Of a stretch of DNA of 64,000 nt, positions 48,880 to 62,029 are shown one piece after another. How positions within the stretch are numbered: the stretch's first letter is position 1; each line of letters starts with the position of its first letter. The translations under genes were made by a program, and so were the position numbers. Under the pieces are notes generated by a model. It was given only the letters and a program-made list of their open reading frames with translations. It was not told where the DNA came from and made no database searches. This DNA is from Bispira polyomma (taxonomy: Eukaryota), in the NCBI GenBank assembly GCA_965649765.1, contig OZ287750.1:70060001-70124000 (forward strand), written 5' to 3'.

Positions 48880-51800
48880 TTATATTTTATTTGTATATAG
48901 TGTATGTAAATAAAGCCCCAAAGCCCAACTAGGAGGTAGTAGAAGGGGAGAGAAGGGCCTTGAAGGTGCTTGCCACTTGGTCAGATGCATTGTGGTCCTG
49001 GACAAAATATTTCCACTCACAGTCAGACGTCTAGGTGCCATGACTCTGGATGTCCTGAATTGGAACATTACTGTTGAAAGCCAAGGTAACACCAGAACGC
49101 CTGAAGGTGTGGAAGGAGATGTTTGATTGCTGAAGACCAAGGCACCTCAATATTTGAGCGAGATTTTGTCTAACTTTGGTGTCAATCATTGGGCACCATT
49201 GTCATCTTTTTTAAACTGGAAAAGAGGGGAATTTTTGTGTCCAGGAGTAATAGCTAGCAAGGCCCTTGTGGCAGCCACTGGACAGAGACAAGAGCCATTT
49301 AGGCTAGGTATTTTAATAACTTTTGCTACATTTTTTGACTGCATTGTTTTAGACCATTTTATGATAAGGTGAAGACCAAGGGAAGCAAATAGTACATCCC
49401 CCTAGCCAGTTGGACTAATGGAGAAAACTGTGAGGCAGCATGCAGAACTAAATTAGATATTCGAAGAAAGGAGAAAAAGGCAATGAGGTACAGAGCCTTA
49501 AAGACCTGCCCAATATACATACTGTCACATATTTGAGTGATTTGCTGTAAAACTGGGATATCAATAATTGCCTTAATTTTGGCCTTGAAGGGGCTATTCA
49601 GTATAAGGGCTTTTTGATAGTACTTAAATCTAGGATCTGCAAATGCAGAGACGTCAAGACCACACAGGGCTAATTTAGCTTTGACAGCCGAAAGGTAATT
49701 TGCAATAGAAGGGGGAGAACATGATTAACCACTAGTACTTCTAAAAAAAGCCAGAGGGGTGAGATATTTTGTGGTCTGATCTGGGAAAAACTACAATAGG
49801 CCAAGAATATCCAAAACATATTTGCATAGGTCCTTTCAGTGGCTGGTCTAAAGGCCTGGTGAACTTTGTTTGAGGCCTGTGTAGCAATCTTCCTTGACTG
49901 GGAAGGTACATCTGCAATTAAATAGACTAATCTATCTCTAGCATTGTGTCTTTACTTTTAAACATTTAGGATTTGGTACCAGTTCCAATAACTTTTCATT
50001 ACTGTTAACAGTGATTTGCCACCTAGAAAGGAGATCAGCCACTGTATTTAGTCTACCCAAAATGTGAATGGTTTTAAGACTGATATCCTGGGAGGCTACC
50101 TCCATAAAAATGTTCCTGGCAATAGCTGCCAGAGTAAGATCTTTGGTTTTGCCTGAATTCAGGATAGTGACAACAGCAGCGTTGTCACATTGTAATATTA
50201 GCCTTTTACCTTCCCAGGCTGATTTTCAATAGTCTAATAGCCACAAAAATTTTAAGCATCTCCAGATGAACTATAGAGAAATCGAGATAGCCCAGGGGAT
50301 TTTGAAATTGGTATACTTTATCATTGCAGCGCCCCCCCCCCCCCCCCCAAGCCCTGTAGGCAAGCATCTAACTGAATACAATTAGTAATGGGTTTATGCT
50401 CAAAAAAGGCTTTCCCATTAAATTTTGGTAGAAATTTCTTAAATCAATTTACATCCTGATGAAATTCAGGTGTGAGTTGCATTTTTTGATCGGCCCCTAC
50501 AGATCTTAGAACATCAAGCATTTGGTTCAAGAAAGCACGTGAGGCTCGTACACAGACTGCAATTCCCTTTTACTACAGCTATCCCTGGAGTGCCAATCTT
50601 GCACAAGTACGTTTATTTCTATTAGCTTTTCATCTGGCAATGAGATCATTAAGTCATTTGTATTAACTAGAACTCCCAGGCACGTTACTGTAGTGCTGGG
50701 GTAGACAATCTGGCTGATTGCAACACCTAGTTCCTAAAGTAAATTGTGCAAAATGTCAAATGAACATTTACTTTCTATGACGTCACCATACCCGATCACA
50801 TCATCAATGTAAGTGGTGACGTCATGATGTATCTGACGGCGTCGCTCAATTGCTGAAAGATCGTACTTCCATGGCGAAAACCAAATGGAAGGCAAGAATC
50901 AACGTAGTATTTGTCTAGTTTTAAACCTAATAGCTTGTAATCAGCTGGGTCCATTTTTACATGACAAAATGCTCGGCTGACGTCAATTTTGTACGTTCCA
51001 CATCCCAAACGACATATTTTGTTTGTCAATTGTCAATAGTTTGTCAATAGTGTCAATTATTGGAAGCATTACCGCAAATGAGGTATTGAGATACTTGTCT
51101 TTAACTACAGCCGAGTTAACAGAATTGTCATGCGGAAAAAATTAAATCTACGATGACTCGTCTGTGCGCAGCACAAGGTCTTTCCCTGGTCATGAAAGGA
51201 GAGATGTGAAGGTATTGTATGGGGGCCTAACAAAAGGGCCCAACATGGCGCCTAACTCAGGTTTTTCCTTTAAATAAGCGCGTACGTCATCTGGATATTG
51301 TGTTGCAAAAGAATGATTCTGTTCTGTATGGGATAGTTTACTATCAGAATTAAAATCAAGGGGGAACCTATATCTTATCAAAAAGGAGAGTTGCTCATCC
51401 CAGTTGTCAGCTAAATATTTTTCCCATCTGGTTTCAACTCAGATTTCAGTTCGGCCTGGGCCCCCAGACAATTTGGGGAATTTTGATGTTTGATGTCACT
51501 GTGTAATTCTAACAGAGACTTATCCGACTTAACCCATTTATCCATTTCGGTAGCTCGCAAATCGTTTAATGGAATGAACCCGTACTTATCTGTGGTTTGC
51601 CTAATTGACTTCAATAGCATAAGTCAGGATTCTGAAGTAAAAGCGGGAAAACATTAGCGGTTAATTAGTACACAGGTGACTAATTACAGAGGGGATTCAT
51701 GGGTTATGAGTAAGTTTACAAAATACTGGTTGCACTGAACTTGCTATCCCCTACGGCGCTACCCCGCATAATTTAATTTTCAGAAAAGACTGCATGCACA

Positions 51801-51960
51801 TGCGGTAAGATAGATACCCTAGCTCAGCTGGAACATTCCTGTGTGGCCGAGCAGTATGACCCCTTAGGACCTTAGTTACTGAAATCTTAAAAAACAAACA
51901 ATTGGGATCAATGCACTATCCGCCCCTCTGTTGAAAACCTTAATTCTAAATATCAGCTGG
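48880..51960 (-). mobile_element. Decayed DIRS/Ngaro-like tyrosine-recombinase retrotransposon (RT, RNase H, YR)
   Basis: RT YKIDVSRAF...LPFGFRHGS...YIDD; RNase H CDNAAVV...NTVADLLSRW; YR IIKWSKT...LCPVAA...FHTFRRSG. Many stops and frameshifts; ends approximate. Confidence 0.85.
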
Positions 51961-54900
51961 GGTGTACAAACAGCCACCAAGAAATTAGCAGTATCCAAAT
52001 ATTTTACTCTGAAACTGATCCACCAATATGTATTGTTTTTCCAATTTTGTGTTGCAATTGTTTAGTGAATTGTAATCTATTGGGATATGTTGATACATCA
52101 ATATCCGGTTATACCTTTATGTGTTTGTATTATGAATGTGTAACTTCTGTTATATTAAATGGTATCTTACTACATATGTATATAATGTGAACTATCAATA
52201 TTATTTTTGTAAAACCATACCAATAAAATGCATCACAAAGTAATAAATAACTATTTTCCTTTGTACCCCCAGCTATTCAGACCTCTCAGACTAGTTTTGT
52301 CATTGCGTAAGTCAGTCCTACTTTCTTAACGGGAATTATACTCACCCCATTATTTTGTAGTATCTCTACTGGTGTATTTGCTGTGGGCCCTATGGAGTCT
52401 GATTCACCTCTCCCCAACCCCTCCACCTGCAAGGGCATTCACTAGGGTAGACACAATCTACTAGAGTCATAACCTCTTGAAATATGATGAGACATTATAT
52501 AGACCATACAGATTTAGTGTAGCTTCTGTCATTACAGTTAAATGTTTCTTCAATCAGTATTAAATGTGCTTGCACAGCAGTAGGGCCTGTTTCTTTTTTA
52601 TTATTATTATTAAAATATTTTTAAAGCCTCCTATTGATATATCATACTCGAAAGGGCTCATTCTCTGTAATGAATAGTGGCACATCATAGCCTTGGTAGT
52701 CATTAGTGGGCAATGGTGTGTTCATATATTTCCCAATGATGTGTTATTCTACCAATGAACTATAGGTATTACCTATAGTTGAATCAGGGACCTTTCTTGC
52801 CCATTTGTAATATTTGTGTAATCCTAGCCAAACAATTTAGCATGTTAAGATCAAATTGTGTATGGGGCTTTATCATATTAACACAATGCATAATACCAGT
52901 CTAACCAATTCTTTGACATGAAGGTTGCTGTAGCAAAAATGGAAATCCTTATGACTTACAGGTAGAGTGTTTGATTGTTGATATCACATGCTTCAATTTC
53001 TGGGACTTTCATGTAATGTCAATATCTTGGAAATGGAAAGAAGCAAAGCGATTTGGTAAATGTAAGTGTTGCTCTTACATATTTTATATATCAATAGATA
53101 TAACGTAAACATTTGTTAAGTTTAAATTTTATGAAAAAAATTGCATTAAGGTTGAATTTTGAGGAAGTTGGACTTAACACTTTTTTTAGTGTGGTCACAT
53201 GTAAGTGTAGAAAATGCATGTTGCAGAGAGTGTGGTCATGGTTGTACTAGTTCCCAGACATGGTTACTGTTTGTTTTACATCTTTCCCCTGACAGATTTA
53301 CTATATTTTGGGAAGGGTGAGTGAAATCTGGCCTGAGCTCCTCCAGCAGCTGTTTTCACTGGTAAACAAAGCAGAATTATAGGAAAACTACTGGTATGTT
53401 TATAACATAGGCTTATCATGGGAACAGTTCACTTTGGATTGGTCTGACGCCTATTTTGAAACAAAAAAAATGGCCACCATATATCCATTATTGTGAAAAA
53501 TTATGGGTTTTAGAACATTTGGCAAACATCTGTACATGACTCTTTAATATTGATTACACTTTGTTATTGACAACCTGCCATTGTTCAGTTAATATAGTAA
53601 AATGCATGCATAATGAAATCAATTTAAATGCAACTTTCAACATATTGAAGATAGACTAGACATAACTAGTTTAGATGAGAGTTAAACTCTTGCTAAGTAA
53701 AATTTTGAAAGATAAAGAAATCCTCAAATGAACATTAAGAGTAAAGTTTAAAAGAAATGCCTTTGAGGGACTATATATTATTGACAAATACATGGGTTTT
53801 ACATTTAAATGCATTTGACTGTAATTCCCTCAGTGTTTTAAGGCTCTCGTGCCCAAACCTGAAAAATTAGTAATCCTTCGATACAACTCCTTTAAACATT
53901 ATGTTGCTGCTTTGTTAGTTGCACCATTTCATACAAGCCCAGCTTTATAGCATACAAAAGATGATTAGACATATGAGCATAATTTTAAAGTTTATAATCA
54001 TAAATGTAGTTAAAATCATATTTATGTGGTTTATTGCTGTACCTGAGGAGGCTGTCTTTGTTATAGAGCCCATTTAAACTCAATCTAAAAAATCTATCTT
54101 ATGAACTATAAACACTTCTCTACTGTTTCTGAAGATGGAAAATATGAATTTCACAATCAAAGTTAAGGCTTCAAAAGAAAATCTATACATCTCCCAGATG
54201 AGTTTTTCTCACTCCCTTTACTTTTTTGTTTACCAAACCCTTACGTCATTCAGAAATCTTTGACATGCTTCCATTACTAGTTTTAAAAATTACTTGCATT
54301 CAGAATATATATCAGTGTGAAAGGAAGCCTAGTTCTCTCGGTAAAAACACACAAAAGGTAATTTTCCAAAAAGCCTTAACATACTATGTGTCAGAAAAGT
54401 TATGAAAATCATTTGCCTATTTGCCTCTTCATGTGAAACGTTTTTACAATAAAACAGTAAACAGAATTACATGAGTAACATTTTGGTCTTGCCTTGACAA
54501 TTCAAATATTGTAGACCATCTTGACACATCACTAAGGGGGCTATTTATATCTAACTTCCTCCATTGAGAAGACAAATCCATGAATAAGGTTTTCTTTTTG
54601 ATGATGTTAAAGTATCTATATGCTTGGGTGGGTTTTAACAGACAATACTAAGATAAAACATTAGCCTTTTTTTGGGTTTGTTTCATATAGCACGGTAATA
54701 AACAAACATTTGCACTGTTAAACATTAATGGTATATTAGTTCAGAATAAACCTTTTAACATAATACCAAAGTGTTTGGCCTAGTAGGTACAACCTCACTC
54801 TTACTTAAGGTAACCTTAACTCTGGCTATACACAATAACCTTAGAAACAATAGCAGAGTCATAAAATGTGTGACATGATAGCCTAATAGGTACATAAGTA

Positions 54901-55337
54901 CAACCTGACTTTTACTTGAGATAAACAAGATAAACATAACATATATAAAGGACAAACAGTATTACGTAGGTCCAAAGGAGGTAATGGTTTCTTGGTTTAT
55001 TTGTTGAATTGTCGGCTTTAAGGGTTCTAGGTCTGCAGCTAAAACAGACCATTTCAGTTTTGTACCCCATGGTGGAACCACTTATCAAACAAAAATCAAA
55101 TTAAAAACAACTAAAAAAAACTACTAGTTTAGTCAAGAAAATAAATCGATTATAAAATCTTCTTGAGGTGTGTTTTTTTTTTTTGTGTAAATTATGAATT
55201 GGCCACAAACTTGTCAATATTGAAACTATAGCACTGAAATAACCAACAGTTTAATCGTAAGTATTTAGCCATTTCATTTACCCTGTCATACAATATCGAC
55301 AATAGACATTATCAGTAATACTGTGGGCCCTTACCTA

Positions 55338-55495
55338 ATTGGTAAGGGTTCAGGGGTATAAATACCCTGTGAGGTCCCACTTAGGGTCTCAGACAGAGCC
55401 AAAGGAGCACAACAGAGAAACTAGAAAAGCCACAACTTTGCAACAGAAATAATTAGCAATATTGTGGTAAGAGGATCACATGTAAATTATCGAAG
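55338..55495 (+). promoter_or_regulatory. GPCR unit 5 core promoter and non-coding exon 1
   Basis: ATTGG, TATAAATA 55357-55364, donor GAAG|gtcagt at 55495/55496, acceptor ttttttcag| at 56443/56444. Confidence 0.65.
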
Positions 55496-56489
55496 GTCAG
55501 TTTATTTTTAGTTCTAAAGTAAATATACTGTAACATAATCAGGTATATAATAAACTATATTCTTTGAAAAATTGACTATGGATATAATTATAATATGGTC
55601 TACCCATAATGGGAAAAGACTTTTAAGTATAGGTTTGTCCGGCCAATAATGTGCATAGCAATACTGTACTGCTTTTGTACGATTATAGAATAAATTAATC
55701 TCAAATATGTGTAACTTTAGTTAAGAAAAAGGGAAATATATTTATTAGGATATATTTCAGTAAATTCACTTTGTAGTAACTATTACCAGAGGTTACTCAC
55801 AATTATTCACTCAGTATACTGTAACACAAATATTCTGCACATAGTACCAGGTTTTATGAAAGATATCTTAAAAGATATAAAATATCATACAGGATTAAGT
55901 CTCTGAAAACTAGATGATTATAGCTTTAAACATTTTAAGATTATTTCTTCATATACTATAATTGTTCCATCATGTGAAGCGATTTAGACACATATTCAAG
56001 TATGTATCTTCAAACTGTAATCATAGTGTACTTTCTGAAGTGCTGAACCGAAACAAAGCTGCTTCTATATATTGTACCCATCTGGATCAAAGTTCTTGAT
56101 GCTTTATTTGCAAACAGAAATTTCAATTTTGTTGTGCAATTCGAATATGTATGCTTTCTGACTAGTAGATTATTCAATGTTCACATTCACATTCAAGTAA
56201 TATATTACATACAATAACATAATTTTGAATCTTGGTTGACGCTTTTGGAGTATACAGTAAAAGGTTCAATGTAGTTTTAATATTATCTGTCATACTTTTA
56301 CTGATTAAGTGTTGATTACAAACACTAAACCTAAAGAATAACACTAAACCTAAATTATATGATAGCAGGAAAAACTACAATCAATATAGATACACACTGT
56401 CAAGTCAATTCTAGGATTTAGCCTTTCTCTTGACTTTTTTCAGATATCAGATTATTCTACAGTACAGTTCATCTGGTAAATAGTACACA

Positions 56490-57557
56490 ATGACTATCAC
56501 CTGGATTGCTTGGGTATTCACAGCTGAGGGCATCATTGGCTTCCTGTCTAATATAATTGTGGTGATTGTGCTGTTAAAATACCCCAAGCTGATGCACAAT
56601 GATTCCTCCAAGTTCATTGTCAATCAGAGCCTCATTGATGCCATTGAATCGGTTCTGCTGGTGCTGAGTTGCCGCAATCTTTGTGGGAACTTTGGTTTAC
56701 CACATACTTACAATTATACAGATGGCCACTTCATTGATGAGTTAGTCTGTAAGGTTTGGAACCTGAACACTTTTCAGTGGGCTTTTTTAGGATGTTCTAT
56801 CTTTAACTTAGTCATTTTAACTATAGTTAAGTACATCAAAATTGTGCATCCATTGTGGTACAAAGTTCACATGACCAACAGGGTGGTAAATGTATTACTC
56901 TGTTTACCTTGGTTGCTTGGGCATCTGTACCAGTTTGGGTTGTTTATCATCAGGGCAGATGTCATTGGTACCAAATGTGTGTATCCTTTATGGCCATATG
57001 AGATTATGGGGATCATAATGGGTTGCATTGCCTTTGTAGTGCAGTTTCTTCTCCCATTATTTATTATGCTATTTTGCTATGTCCGAATCTTTGTGACGAT
57101 TAAAGAAAGACATAAGTCTTTGACATTTCTATCAACCCCATCTGTATCATTAAATACTATCAGTGTGATTAGCACAGATGTTAGCCACGCCAAAAGCAGG
57201 ACTGAGATTAAAGTTGAAGGCTATTTATCAGCCACAAATCCTAGTCTAGTGACCCAATCTGAAAGTGTAGAGTCATTAAATGACAGGGCTGAAAAACAAA
57301 AAAGTCAAAGTCATGACAAAATTGAGAAGAAAGTTATAAAAATGCTTTTCATAGTTTGTTTAGGGTTTTTCTTAGGCTGGGTTTGCAATCAGGTAATGTT
57401 CTTTCTTGTAAACATTCAAGCCATTCACACAATGAAGGGCACCCTGTTTTATTACTTTTCAATTATATTGGCCGATGCAAACTGCTGCATAAATCCGTTT
57501 ATATATCTTACTCAGTTTCGAAAATACACTAAGCTACTCTTTACAAAATCTACTTGA
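56490..57557 (+). CDS. Orphan class A 7TM GPCR, 355 aa (unit 5); about 87% identical to unit 1 (46 differences by hand count)
   Basis: Uninterrupted ORF, gap-free alignment with 17531..18598, same class A motifs. Confidence 0.92.
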   Translation: MTITWIAWVFTAEGIIGFLSNIIVVIVLLKYPKLMHNDSSKFIVNQSLIDAIESVLLVLSCRNLCGNFGLPHTYNYTDGHFIDELVCKVWNLNTFQWAFLGCSIFNLVILTIVKYIKIVHPLWYKVHMTNRVVNVLLCLPWLLGHLYQFGLFIIRADVIGTKCVYPLWPYEIMGIIMGCIAFVVQFLLPLFIMLFCYVRIFVTIKERHKSLTFLSTPSVSLNTISVISTDVSHAKSRTEIKVEGYLSATNPSLVTQSESVESLNDRAEKQKSQSHDKIEKKVIKMLFIVCLGFFLGWVCNQVMFFLVNIQAIHTMKGTLFYYFSIILADANCCINPFIYLTQFRKYTKLLFTKST

Positions 57558-59614
57558 AAGATACTGAAGCTTGAGGGTGATAGTTGACGAAATACAAAGC
57601 ATAGACATGTACTACTCAAGGTATCATATTTAAAGTACCAAGTGACAAAGGAATATGTATATTCTTACTGGTTCATTCATGTTGTCAATGTTTCTGGGGG
57701 TCAGTATTGTGCCTGCAAATTGTATTCCAATATATTGGGATATTCGTATCATTTTCAAAATAGGTATTGCAATATATTGGATCATATTCTAGTAATAAGT
57801 TTCAAAATCAAATGAGTTCTTGGCCATGTGCATATGCTTGCCCTGGTAAATTTGGAAGGAGTAATTTTGGGAGAAAGTATACAAACTGTAAAGGAATGAA
57901 TGAAAGACTTTATTTCTGATTCCATCGTTGACAAATATCTTGTACACTCTCCAATTATTTCTAGAATACCGAGAAAATTAGCGGTATCTAAAGATTTTAC
58001 TGTGAAACTGATCCACCAACATATATTGTTTTCCAATTTTGTGTTGCAATTGTTTAGTGAATTGCAATCTATTGTGATAGTTTGATACATCAATATCAAG
58101 ATATACCCTTATCTGTTTGTATTATGAATGTGTAAGTAATATTGAATAATATCCCACTACATATGGATATAATGTGAATAATCGAGCCTAGAATCTATCA
58201 ATATTATTTTTGTAAAACCATACAAATAAAATGTATCAAAACCTAAACAATAACCATTTTTCTTTGTACCCCCAGCTATTCAGACCTCTCAGAATATTTT
58301 TGTCATTGCTAAAATCAGTCCTACTTTGAGGGATATATCATCACCCCATTATTTTGTAGAATCTCTACCAGTGTATTTTCTGTGAGTCCTATGGAGTCTG
58401 CTTCACCTCTCCCTAACCACTCCAGCTGCATGAAACATTTATTGCCAGTAAACCACAAATACATATTGTGTAAGATGATGATAGCCACTTTTGTTATTAT
58501 CACATTCAGAGTTTAAAATGACCTTACATAGGGAACGTACACAGGTCCAAGTTACTCTGCATACCATATTTGAATTAAATCTGTAAAATATCCTTCAACT
58601 TATTGTCCAAAAACGAAAATTTAAACTTTGTGAATTTAGTTAAGGTCACCATAAAATTAATGAATTTCCTGTAGGCCCAAGTTAATTACAAAACATATTT
58701 TCATTATATTTCTAACATACGCTGCGTTATTACTGCGGAAATAAGTTTAGGATTTCTCTCATATCCTTGAAATTTATGTCATATATGAAAAATTACACAT
58801 TGAAATCTTTGAAATACTCTATATCATTGGCTAGAAACTAAAAATGTCAACTTTGACACCTTGAGACTGTTCTTATTTTATTATTAGTGTGAGTTTAAGG
58901 TCACCAGAAAATAGGGATTTTTCTGCAGGCCTCCGTTCATGTGAAATGTGTTATCATTTATTGTCTAAAGTAAATTTGGGAACTTCTTATTTCTTTATCA
59001 GGGTGAATTTAAGGTCACCTTATGATAGGGTTAATCTCATCGATAGCATGGTGAAATTCCACGTCTGGGGAAAATAGTTGTACAATGATAAAGTGAAGAG
59101 GGAAAACATTACATACTGAATACTAAATATGACCTCACATTCAGTTTGTGCTGACATTCTTCACCCCTAGAGGATGTTTCTTGCAGTGCATGGTCACAAT
59201 GCACCCAAGCATAAGTTTAAGAGGAGCTTTTGCCCAATGAATGCAAGCTGTTATATTTGTTCATAAAGCACCTGATCATAATGAGCTCATGCTACTTTAG
59301 AGTTACTAGGGGAACACTATGGGCGCAATCATATAATGCAAACTAATTGACCGCCTGTACTGGGTAAAGCAATTAACAATCACCATGAAGCGCCTGTACA
59401 GGTTCACATACCAATAGCATGTACTTATTATTAAAAATACACTGTTCTACATCATATATATTATTATTGTACAATCTTTTATGCACTGTTTTACAGGAAA
59501 CCACCTAATCACACAGGAACTATAATTGAAACATAATTGAAGAGAATGCCATAACTCCGAGGTTAAACGTCAAAATGAGGTTCAACCAACTGCTACACTT
59601 ATACAGCTCCTAAC

Positions 59615-61300
59615 ATTGTAATTGTAATTACACTTTTATAGTGCTTAATCTTCCCTTAACGAAGGGGAATCTAAAGTGCAACAGCACCAAGACAGTGATC
59701 CAATTTCAATATCCAGGGACAGAAAAAAAGCACCACAGAGAACGCCAGGGGATGATTAGGACTAAGGTGGGGATGCCTTGGTGTACAGGTGGTTTTTAAG
59801 CTGCTTTCTAAAAGAGGCTAGAGAGGGGGATGCACAAATCACATCAAGAAGAGCATTCCAAACAATGAGAGCATCAAAAGCAAAGCTATAACTAAGCTCT
59901 TTAACTAACGGGTGGAACTTTGGAACAACAAGGAAATTACCACCACTCTGACTACACCTGGTATTGTAAGAACTACTGTAAGAGGAAAGATATGAGGCAA
60001 AATACTTGGGAAAACCAGTGTGAAGAAACTTATAAATAAGTGTGGCTGTTTTAAACACTGAGCGCTTTTCAACAGGAAGACAATGCAATTTCTTAAGAAC
60101 AGGAGATATACTGGTGTATATACTGGTGTGACACAATTCTAGCTGCACTATTTTAAATTCAAACTTGGAGAGACTCCTGAACAGTGAATTACAGTATTCC
60201 AACCAACTACTGACAAAAGCATTGGCCAATGTATAGAAGCATCATGAGTGAGAAACCGCTTGACACACGTCTGGAGTCCCGGAGTTGCACAAAACAACTT
60301 TTACAGACACTCTGAATGTGTTTAGAAAAGGAAAAATCAGAGTCAAACCACACGCCCAGATTCTTGACTTAACCAGCTGGGCAGAAGGGGCTACCCAGGA
60401 TGTCAATTGGAAAACATGCTTTTAAATTCTCTCTCTGTCTTTTTGAGCCAAAGAGTATAAATTCAGTTTTGTCGGGATTCCGTTTAAGTTTACTAGTTAA
60501 CATCCACTCTTTTACATTATCAAGGTACCTGTTCAACTTTTCAAAGGCAGCAAATGTATTATTATGTGATAAGTGCATATAAACTTAGGTGTCATCTACG
60601 TAAAAATGAAACTTAATACTTTGTATCTGCCAATCACTAAACTGTGTGGAGCAGTGTACAATGAAAACAACAAAGGGCCCAAAATAGAACCTTGGGAAAC
60701 ACCAAACAAGAGTTTACAAAGATCAGACAAAGTAGAACCAATTTTTATCGACTGATAACGCTCAATTAAGTAGGACATGAGCCACTAACCCTCAACCAAG
60801 TCTGAAGCAACTGAGAAGCTCTTTCAAATTGGCACCTAACAGACTTTGCACATCGATAAGAATCAGACAAACAAAATCTTTGTTTGACAGTCCAGATACA
60901 AGTGGTGCATGCCTATCGAGAACATCACCCAAATCATGTACATATTGTTCATAGAGATCGACTACAGAATTGGCTGGAGATTCAACAAAGGAAGTATTTT
61001 TAAGATCAGAGCAGCGGTCAGACATGTTTACACGGTGGTACCCCCTATACTGCACTTTATTTGGAATATGAGCCACTTGACGAGGGCTGTATGTGGTCTG
61101 TAGGAGGATCTGATGAAGAAACTGACGCCACCACCAATATGTAAGGGATGAGGCGTTTGAAGAAACACAAAATCAGGAGGAGTAATATAATAATATAATT
61201 ATTAATATGTGCAGAATATGAAGTTTTTGTGAGAAGTGGTTCCTTAGATGTTAAGCCTGGACAAGAAATACACTAATGATACTGTTCCACCATCAAGATT
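59615..61300 (-). mobile_element. Second, more decayed and internally deleted copy of the L2/Crack-like LINE family, with an endonuclease-domain remnant
   Basis: Same C-terminus (LYTKASPP vs LYTKAYPP), 3'UTR and (ATTACA)n tail as 46668-48592. Deletion junction at ~60820. EN-like ITPPDFVFLQTPHPLHIGGGV at ~61130-61185. The 5' end is uncertain and may extend to ~61790. Confidence 0.85.
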
Positions 61301-62029
61301 AGCCAGGGCGATTAGTTGATTAGATGATCGGGGCACTTTGCCGTGATTAGTTTGAAAAAACAAGGGAAAAAATGTGTCATACGATTATACTTGTATTGTG
61401 CAAAGACCAGTAAGATAACTCGTTTGCAAGCCCTGATAGGTAAGATAAATCGGCTAGATTAATCTCCAGGATCACATATTTTTGTCCCTGACCTCCCTGA
61501 TTGAAAAAGATATGTCGTAGCAGCCAGTTACGATCCAAAAAATAAGTCTTAACCTACTGTACACAAAGATAACTTGGCACATGGAGTGACTAATCCGGAC
61601 CGAATCCTGGGTAACAAATATCGGGAGGGGCCTTGAGAACTTGACGATGCAACTAAAAGCTCTACAAGGGGCAGAGAACTTGTATCCAGACAGTTTTAAT
61701 TCAGAAGTCAAGTGAGAATGATGATACCACAAATGATAATAAATATTGCACATGACTTAGGACTGCTTAATGGTACAGCCCCCTTTAATGTCAGGATGAC
61801 GTTCATGTTAAGGTTACCTGAAACTGAGGAGGACTTCTACTATGTAAACTCATACTAAACTAATAACACTAACCTATAGTTGTAAATAATTATATGTCAA
61901 TATTATGCCACATTGTTTAAGGTATTGTTTATATATGTATTGTCTTTACTCATCACACGCTCCACTGCTATGTCAATGTTATAAGTCGCCTGTAAAAGCC
62001 AGAGGGTACGGCACAGGCATTTAGGAAAA

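Larger units (their letters stand above)
14290..58430 (+). repeat. Tandem segmental array of at least five GPCR gene units
   Basis: The same upstream block (tttgactgta(g/a)ttc...cagtgttttaagg) is seen at ~14515, 21085/22110, 29590, 38427 and 53815. The same downstream block (gaaactgatccacc or close variant) is seen at ~19115, 35530, 52010 and 58005. Confidence 0.9.
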
